A stretch of DNA of 55,833 nt. Source: Bacteroidota bacterium (GTDB lineage: Bacteria; Bacteroidota; Bacteroidia; AKYH767-A; 2013-40CM-41-45). The stretch spans positions 1 to 55,833 of the forward strand of contig JAPLDB010000070.1 of NCBI GenBank assembly GCA_026391975.1, written 5' to 3'. The translations under genes were made by a program, and so were the position numbers. The notes under the pieces are model-generated. The model saw nothing but the letters and a program-made list of their open reading frames with translations, was not told where the DNA came from and made no database searches. The stretch's first letter is position 1. Each line of letters begins with the position of its first letter. This document shows, piece after piece, positions 48,914 through 55,833 of this stretch.

Positions 48914-50941
48914 ATGAAAAAATTGCTGTATGCTATCTTGTTTCTTTTTTCTGTTTTGACTTTTTGTAAGGTTGAAGCGAAAGAAAAATACCTGCTGACG
49001 AGAGACAGCCTGAATGATAATTCCAACTTCATTCCTAAAAACTGGTTGTTCAGCAATGGCGATGATTCGTGTATGGCTTCGTTAACATATAACGACAGTC
49101 AATGGAAAGAGGAAAGGACATCGCTTATCTTTTCCGATACTTCAAAACCGGCTTTTAATGGAATTGGCTGGTTCCGCTTGCATTTTATTTCTGATACTAC
49201 TGTTGCAGGTAAGCCGCTTGCCATGACAGTGACCCATTACGGTGCGTCGGAGATATACATCGATGGCAAACAGATAAAAAAATTCGGGACGATAAACGGG
49301 CCCGACAGTTCTGAATATTATGACCCGCGGGAGGTTCCATTTATCTTTTCAATAGCAGAAGCCGGAGAACATGTTCTTGCTGTGCGCTATGCGAATTACG
49401 AAGCAGAAAAGAATTTTAAAACATTTGGACGTGCGAAGGCGGGATTTGAAATGATGATTGGAATGCCTGATGATTTTATTTCTCAGAAAAACCAGCGAAG
49501 CCTTGCGCTTACTTTCCTTCTTGTTCTACTGGGAGGAATATTCCTCGCATTATGCTTCATCCATCTTTTCCTTTTTTTCTATCATCGGTCCGACCAGTCA
49601 AATCTTTTCTTCAGCATTTTTATGTTCTGCATTGGCGTCCTGTTTATTATTGGCTTCATCACTTATGCCAGCACCTCGCCATCATTTTCAATGAAGTCCA
49701 TTTTCATTGTAAACCCACTTGTTGTTATTGCCTGCATTTCACTTTCAGGATTCATAAAGGAACTGTTCCTCAAAAGCAGCTGGCGCTTCAACGTCATCAT
49801 TTTAATTGGTGTAGTTTCTTTCCTGATGCATATCTTCGGGATTTCTGAATATGCTTATGTAACAGTCGGACTGATTATTACCGTATCGTTTGAAGCCGTT
49901 TTTACGGTCATCTTCGGAATGATTAAGCGGGTCAAAGGGGCGCGCATCATTGGGACCGGAATACTTTTCTTTACACTATTCATACTTACGCTTTTCGCCA
50001 TCGCATTAATAAATGAGGGTAAGTTTGACGTTGACGACAGTACTACAAGCGGACAAATCTGGGAGTTCTTGCTGGCTCTTGCAGTCATCAGCATTCCTGT
50101 TTCGATGTCATTATACCAGGCCTGGCGTTTTGCCAGTATTAATAAAGACTTAGGACTTCAACTTGAACAGGTGCAAATGCTATCTCTTAAAACACTTGCA
50201 CAGGAAAAAGAGAAGAAAAAAATTCTTGAAGCACAAAAGGAAACACTTGAAGAAGAAGTTCTTTTGAGAACAGAGGAGTTGCGGACTGAAAAGAAAAAAT
50301 CGGATGACTTGCTTTTCAATATTCTTCCGATGGAGGTTGCCAATGAGCTTAAGGAAAAAGGGAGTGCTGACGCAAAGCAGTTTGAAGATGTAACGGTAAT
50401 GTTCACTGATTTCAAAGGATTCACACAGCTTTCTGAAAAACTTTCTCCGGCTGAACTGGTTACGGAAATTCATACATGTTTCAAGGCATTCGACGACATC
50501 ATTGGCCGGCATAACATTGAAAAGATCAAGACCATTGGGGATTCTTATATGTGTGCCGGCGGCTTACCTGTGAAAAACACAACCAATGCAGTTGACGTTG
50601 TAAGTGCTGCAATGGAAATTCAGGAATTCATGGATAAGCATTTGCTTCTAAGAAAAAGTGAAGGCAAGGAAATATTTGAAATAAGAATTGGAGTTCACAC
50701 AGGTTCTGTTGTTGCCGGAATTGTAGGGGTCAAGAAATTTGCTTACGATATCTGGGGCGACACAGTTAATATTGCATCAAGAATGGAATCATCCGGAGAA
50801 GCTGGAAAAGTAAACATCAGCGGGAGCACCTATGTATTGGTGAAAGATAAATTCAGTTGCACGCACAGGGGAAAAATTAACGCGAAGAATAAGGGAGAGA
50901 TTGATATGTACTTTGTTAACCGAAGCCTTGGCGAAGGTTAG
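48914..50941 (+). CDS. Membrane class III adenylate cyclase with periplasmic sugar-binding-like domain and about 7 TM helices
   Basis: FTDFKGFT, KIKTIGDSY and YDIWGDTVNIASRMES; the Lys/Asp pair indicates ATP specificity. Confidence 0.9.
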   Translation: MKKLLYAILFLFSVLTFCKVEAKEKYLLTRDSLNDNSNFIPKNWLFSNGDDSCMASLTYNDSQWKEERTSLIFSDTSKPAFNGIGWFRLHFISDTTVAGKPLAMTVTHYGASEIYIDGKQIKKFGTINGPDSSEYYDPREVPFIFSIAEAGEHVLAVRYANYEAEKNFKTFGRAKAGFEMMIGMPDDFISQKNQRSLALTFLLVLLGGIFLALCFIHLFLFFYHRSDQSNLFFSIFMFCIGVLFIIGFITYASTSPSFSMKSIFIVNPLVVIACISLSGFIKELFLKSSWRFNVIILIGVVSFLMHIFGISEYAYVTVGLIITVSFEAVFTVIFGMIKRVKGARIIGTGILFFTLFILTLFAIALINEGKFDVDDSTTSGQIWEFLLALAVISIPVSMSLYQAWRFASINKDLGLQLEQVQMLSLKTLAQEKEKKKILEAQKETLEEEVLLRTEELRTEKKKSDDLLFNILPMEVANELKEKGSADAKQFEDVTVMFTDFKGFTQLSEKLSPAELVTEIHTCFKAFDDIIGRHNIEKIKTIGDSYMCAGGLPVKNTTNAVDVVSAAMEIQEFMDKHLLLRKSEGKEIFEIRIGVHTGSVVAGIVGVKKFAYDIWGDTVNIASRMESSGEAGKVNISGSTYVLVKDKFSCTHRGKINAKNKGEIDMYFVNRSLGEG

Positions 50942-51065
50942 CTTTGTTAACCGAAGCCTTAGCGAAGGTTAGCTTTGTTAACCGAAGCATTGGCGAAGGT
51001 TAGCTTCGTTAACCGAAGCATTGGCGAAGGTGAAATTCCTTAACAGTAGCTTTAGCAGAGGTTAA
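50911..51065. repeat. 31-bp tandem repeat, four copies plus one degenerate
   Basis: CTTTGTTAACCGAAGCCTTGGCGAAGGTTAG with no spacers. Confidence 0.92.
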
Positions 51066-51120
51066 TATTGGTTTAACTGCTTTTCAAAAATGTTTTGCAA
51101 AGAAAGATCAGCCTTTCCGG

Positions 51121-51478
51121 TCACTCAATAACGATTTTCTTTTTTGAAGTCATGTCACCACTTATGACTTCTGCAAGATAAACTCCTTTTGCAAAACCAG
51201 AAACATCCATCGTTGCAGTATTTTTTCCCGCAATAGATAAAACTATTTTTTCACTGCCGATCCGTCCGGCTACTTCTGAAATTCACAAAAGTGCGGGTTC
51301 GTTTTTCGCCGTGTAAAATGAAATCGTGATTTGATCTGTCGCAGGGCTCAGAAACCTGATTTGAAATGTCGACGATCTTTGTTAGCGTAAAAACTCCGTT
51401 CAGGTAGTTGTCAATATAATTTTGCGCGTTTGCTGAAAGGGAAAGGATGAAGCATTCCGTATGAAGGTTCTTATTCAT
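51121..51478 (-). pseudogene. Collapsed T9SS cargo gene (N-terminus and sorting-domain remnant only)
   Basis: Signal-peptide-like MNKN...ANAQNYIDNYL start and, in another frame, MDVSGFAKGVYLAEVISGDMTSKKKIVIE*. Confidence 0.7.
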
Positions 51479-51614
51479 TGTAAAGTTATTTTTCAGGAAG
51501 GGCAAATATGTAAGAAGGATGAGTTCAAAAGTGGTTTTTATTGCCTTCCTTAAAGTTGGATAAAAGCAAAATGAACGTAGGTTTGTGTTTCTTTTGAAAT
51601 AAAAACAATTATAG

Positions 51615-52684
51615 GTGAAAGAACCACAGCCTGCCGGTTTGAAATTTGTTTATTGGTTTGCGTATTACAACCTTTCTTCACCCAGCGTTCGCTACCGCGG
51701 CTTGTATGCGCTTCGATTTTTAAAAAATGAATACAAAATAAACTCATATTTTATTGTTCCGCGCTATACACCTTCCGGAGTTTTTGAATTCATTTGGGCA
51801 TTTTTGTCTGCTTTAATATTCAGAAAAGCTGGATCAATAATAGTCATACAGCGGATCCATTCAGGTTTTATTTACAGCACACTTTTAAAGTTGCTGATTA
51901 AAATCAGGAATGACAATACATTTTACGATCTTGACGACGCAGATTATCTGGAGCACCCTCCAGCAACAATTTATTATTTTATCAGGAATTGTTCAGCCGT
52001 CTTCACTGGAAGCAGAGAACTCATGAACAACCTTTCCCCTTTGAGTAAGAAAATATTATTGAACACGTCTCCGGTACCTGATCCGATTGTTTTTAAGAAA
52101 AATAAAAACCAGCTTCTAACGATTGGATGGATCGGTGATTTCAGGGGAGGTCATAGTGAAAGCATGAAAAGTGTTTTCTTCCCGGCCTTATCCTCATTGC
52201 CATTTAACATAAAGCTCATTCTTTTAGGTGTAACAAAAAATCTGAATACGAATTTCTTACAGATTATTTCAAGTCTTTCAAGAATGTGCTATTGGAAATA
52301 CCGCGCAACATTGACTGGAATGATGAACAAAGCATCCAGCAAAAAATTGCAACCTTAGACATTGGTATTGCCACACTGCTTAATACTGAATTACAACGTT
52401 CCAAATCTGCTTTCAAGGCCAAACAATATCTGAATAACGGCGTTCCTGTGCTGAGTTCAGATGTTCCGGAAAATAATTCTTTTGTTGTGCACGGTCGCAA
52501 TGGTTTTCTTTGTTCAACACCTGATGAATTCAGGCAAAGAATTATTGAAATAAATAATATGGGACAGGAGGAATACTGTAAATTATCGTTTGAGGCGATG
52601 GCAACAATTCCCCGGTTTAACCTGAAGGGTTATTGCAGCAATATTCGCGAAGCATATCACGAAAACTCAGGACAATCTCAATAA
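51615..52684 (+). pseudogene. Glycosyltransferase (GT4-like) split by a frameshift in an A6 run at 52235-52240
   Basis: YDLDDA and IGWIG in the first ORF; KSAFKAKQY..GVPVLSSDV..NGFL in the second. One extra A gives a single 356-aa ORF. Confidence 0.8.
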
Positions 52685-52687
52685 AGA

Positions 52688-55228
52688 TCACTTCTCCAAA
52701 AACACCTTCACGCTTTTCTGAAAATCGCCTGCAGTAAGTTGCACCATGTACATTCCCGGAGGCAAAGCGGACTGCTGTGCATTCAGTTTGATCTGGTACA
52801 AGCCCTGTTGTTGCCGGCCTTCGCTTTTGATCTGCATCACTTCTTCTCCGAGCAATGAATAAATTTTAATTACAGGAGTAACATTGAAAGGGAGGTAATA
52901 TTCTATGGTTGCCTCCGACGAAATCACGTTCGGAAATACAGTGATGTATGGTTTCTCGCTTTTGACTGCAGGTGGGAGAATTCCGGTAGGAGTCTGCGTA
53001 AAGTGAACAACAAGCGTATCTCCTGTTGTAAGATTCACTTGCGGATTAATTGCCATTGATGATGGTAAATAGGTGGTATTGTTCGATGTCCAGTGATCAA
53101 ACTGGAAGTTCACAGTATCAGTTACGATAGCACGCATATTTACGCTGATGCCGCCGAAATAAAAACCACTCCATGGAAAATGATCGATCGTCATAGAGTT
53201 CATTGACACCTTTCCTGCATTCGCCGGATCGGCATCCAATGTGAGTGGGTAAGGTCCTGTTGTATTGTAACAGCCATTCATAGTGGTTGCAACCAGCGAA
53301 CAACGTGCAGCAACGAAATTCCGCAGCCTGTTAAAATTTGTTTGCCATTCTGTGTAAGTACCAAACCATCTGTTTGCATGTTGTGTCATTTCCGGATCGA
53401 TCATGGCTTTCCATGCATCTAGTTGTCCGAGCATTTCGTCGCAACTGAAAGCGGTATTCATAAGATCAGCATATCGTGAAATATAAAAGTGATTGAAGTC
53501 AGGATTTTGACGAAGGTGTGCAAGCAGGTCAAGGTGTCCGTCCGGATCACTTAAGCCACCGGTTTCAACCTGACACAAGGGGGCATATCTGCTTGTATCA
53601 GGGATGCCGGTATAGTTGATGTAAAAAGCAAATACTGCATCGTTGTCCCAAAGAATGTATCCCCATTTTTTGTGTCCGCCATTCGGATTAAGGCCACGCC
53701 ACCAGCCTGTGTTGTAATTCAGCCAGTCTGTGGTATTGACCAACGCATTTACAATGATGTAGTCAGCAAGACTCTGCACATCAAGCTGAGAAGTGACAGT
53801 TGCATAGTCAGCGGCATTGGTCATATTGTGGCTCATTGTCCAGTTGTAAAAAGTATCCCAGTCGCTCATGGCCTGGTTGCCGCCATATTCAGCCCAACGG
53901 TTTCCCCATCGCTCTACATATTGAATTTCATACTTGCTTTGACCATAGTAATAATTGGTGAAGTCATGGTCGTCGCATCGTTCCCGTAAATCATATACAC
54001 CCCAGTATTGACCATTAATATAGACAATGCATTTATCAGCGCCACGTACATCCAGGTCGAGGCCACCACGTTTTGCAAGCATCTGAACGTAGGAATCACG
54101 CAGGTGAGCGCTGCCGGCATTTTGAGAATGATGCGCTGCCGGATAGTTATCATCTCCGGCTGCACGCATAATAAACCGCTGAAACTGATCGCGGTCACTG
54201 TATGGAAACATTTTTTCATGCAGGGCATCGCTGTAGCCCATTTCATCACGTGCAATAAAATCAATGCTCCGTTGATCATTTGCCCATGAGTCCTGACCGT
54301 GGCGGTTAAATGTTCCGTATGACTTTGAAGTGCGCACTCTCGTCGTGTCAAAATATTCCACTGATCCGAAAGGCACCAGACCCCCGCTACCATTGGCAAG
54401 GGTTGTAAGGCTTGTTCCGGAAATAGAGACCACTTTCAGCGTATGCGATACATTCATGAAATAAGTATTATAAACCATGAAACTTGGCAATATTGTAGGA
54501 TCACTACTGATCGTAATTGCTTTTAATACTGTTGTTGCCGCAATTGTTATGGGAGACGAATACAATGCAGAAGTTCCGGTAGGCTCAGTTCCGTCAGTTG
54601 TAAACCGGATCACTGAGTTTGGCTCAGAAGTATAAAGTGAAACTGTGAAGGAACTTGTGTAATATCCTGCCGGCATGCTGGCATCTGGCTTAGCAGCATA
54701 AGCCGTATAAGAGGCTGTCGTGTTTGAAGTACTGGAAGTTGGCGTTGTAAAAACTCCCCACGTTGCACTGCCATTGGCGATACGTCCAAAGGAGTGACCC
54801 ATCATTGTCCTGGTAAGTTGTGCATAATCAATAATATTCCCGGAAGAATTAGCAAGTACAACGAAGTCGGGATTGTTTTTAGATTGGGTGAGCTTAAAAT
54901 TGGTATGGTAGTTTACACCTGCAGAAACATTTCTGCCTGAAGCCCAGAAACGTTTGAACCCATTGGCAGTTATTGTAACTCCGGCCGGAACCTGCCACAT
55001 GGTTGGATCAGCAGGATTGTCGCTGAGGTAGTATCCGCTGATATCAACGGATGCTCCGCCGGTATTATAAAGTTCTATCCAGTCGCCGTAATCGCCATAG
55101 TCATCTGCTACCTGTGACATGTTGCTGCAGGAATATTCGTTGATTACGATGTCGGCTTGTGCATTTAAAGATGCGATAAGGAAAAATGAAATAAAGATTG
55201 GGAATAATAAAAGTCTTTTTGATGGCAT
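52688..55228 (-). CDS. CotH-kinase family T9SS cargo with lamin-tail and Fn3-associated domains
   Basis: VINEY..DWIELYN, FTTDGTEP, YINGQYWGVY..RE, DWLNYN..WDND and a C-terminal sorting domain. Confidence 0.87.
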   Translation of the reverse strand: MPSKRLLLFPIFISFFLIASLNAQADIVINEYSCSNMSQVADDYGDYGDWIELYNTGGASVDISGYYLSDNPADPTMWQVPAGVTITANGFKRFWASGRNVSAGVNYHTNFKLTQSKNNPDFVVLANSSGNIIDYAQLTRTMMGHSFGRIANGSATWGVFTTPTSSTSNTTASYTAYAAKPDASMPAGYYTSSFTVSLYTSEPNSVIRFTTDGTEPTGTSALYSSPITIAATTVLKAITISSDPTILPSFMVYNTYFMNVSHTLKVVSISGTSLTTLANGSGGLVPFGSVEYFDTTRVRTSKSYGTFNRHGQDSWANDQRSIDFIARDEMGYSDALHEKMFPYSDRDQFQRFIMRAAGDDNYPAAHHSQNAGSAHLRDSYVQMLAKRGGLDLDVRGADKCIVYINGQYWGVYDLRERCDDHDFTNYYYGQSKYEIQYVERWGNRWAEYGGNQAMSDWDTFYNWTMSHNMTNAADYATVTSQLDVQSLADYIIVNALVNTTDWLNYNTGWWRGLNPNGGHKKWGYILWDNDAVFAFYINYTGIPDTSRYAPLCQVETGGLSDPDGHLDLLAHLRQNPDFNHFYISRYADLMNTAFSCDEMLGQLDAWKAMIDPEMTQHANRWFGTYTEWQTNFNRLRNFVAARCSLVATTMNGCYNTTGPYPLTLDADPANAGKVSMNSMTIDHFPWSGFYFGGISVNMRAIVTDTVNFQFDHWTSNNTTYLPSSMAINPQVNLTTGDTLVVHFTQTPTGILPPAVKSEKPYITVFPNVISSEATIEYYLPFNVTPVIKIYSLLGEEVMQIKSEGRQQQGLYQIKLNAQQSALPPGMYMVQLTAGDFQKSVKVFLEK

Positions 55229-55381
55229 AGGGCAAGTGTTAAAGGGTGAGAATTACAAACTTACACTATTTTTTAACATTGAAAAAGCGTTTAAATGATC
55301 GGAAATATTAATAAAACCCTGTAACTTCGACTTTCCCCTAACCGTCCCATACCTGAACAACACCTACTTTCGCCACCGCGA

Positions 55382-55833
55382 ATGACTGCCAGCGAATACA
55401 ACAAATGCGTAGACGAACATGCCGACGGGCTTTATCGCTTTATCCTTAAGAATATGAAGGATGAAGAAGAAGCACGCGACGTGGTTCAGGATGCATTCGA
55501 GAAAATGTGGCGGAACCATGAGAATGTAGACGGACAAAAATCGAAATCGTACCTCTTTACAACAGGATACCATACGATGATAGACAGGATCAGGAAGAAG
55601 AAGCACATCAGCGATTTTACAGAAGTGAATGAAGAAAGTCTGTTTCATACAGAACAATACAGTGATGCGAAAAAGATATTGAATGACGCAGTGAACCTGT
55701 TGCCCGACATACAAAAGGCCGTAATCACGCTCCGCGATTTTGAAGGATACAGCTACTCGGAAATTGGAGTCATCACAAAACTGAATGAATCGCAGGTAAA
55801 GGTTTATATCTATCGTGCTCGATTATTCCTGAA
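55382..55833 (+). CDS. ECF-type sigma-70 factor; 3' end lies outside the window (not in the ORF track)
   Basis: MTASEYNKCVDEHADGLYRF...ARDVVQDAFEKMW...YSYSEIG...QVKVYIYRAR. Confidence 0.9.
   Translation, partial: MTASEYNKCVDEHADGLYRFILKNMKDEEEARDVVQDAFEKMWRNHENVDGQKSKSYLFTTGYHTMIDRIRKKKHISDFTEVNEESLFHTEQYSDAKKILNDAVNLLPDIQKAVITLRDFEGYSYSEIGVITKLNESQVKVYIYRARLFL

Noticed and set aside
50911-51065. CRISPR array
   Set aside because: The units abut with no spacers, and there are no cas genes.
546-55714. Numerous short antisense or overlapping ORFs
   Set aside because: They are shadows of well-supported genes with no motifs. The exceptions used as frameshift pieces are 31093-31299, 48628-48897, 51251-51505 and 52286-52684.

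Overview
A 55.8-kb chromosomal window from a Bacteroidota genome, judged from TAnnTTTG promoters, many T9SS cargo proteins and a type-B gliding-motility C-terminal domain protein. The core genes are rplM-rpsI-rpsB-tsf, pyrH-frr, uvrC, purN, a PiT/DUF47 pair, crtI and tRNA-Arg(CCG). Accessory material lies between them. The most unusual part is a tandem array of four ORF6N (KilA-N-like) genes at 2.7-5.4 kb with no visible integrase. Each gene carries a 21-31 bp palindrome at the same internal position, the arms co-vary between copies, and a near-identical DNA core is translated in different reading frames in the two sub-types. Other points of interest are three coupled T9SS genes with different heads on a shared stalk between tsf and pyrH, whose sorting domains carry short in-frame palindromic inserts, and a tsf terminator present in four copies. 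Several families of small REP/MITE-like and 7-8-mer inverted repeats fill intergenic gaps, and there are five disrupted genes. No CRISPR array, integrase, transposase or reverse transcriptase is visible. All family assignments come from motif recognition; no database searches were run.
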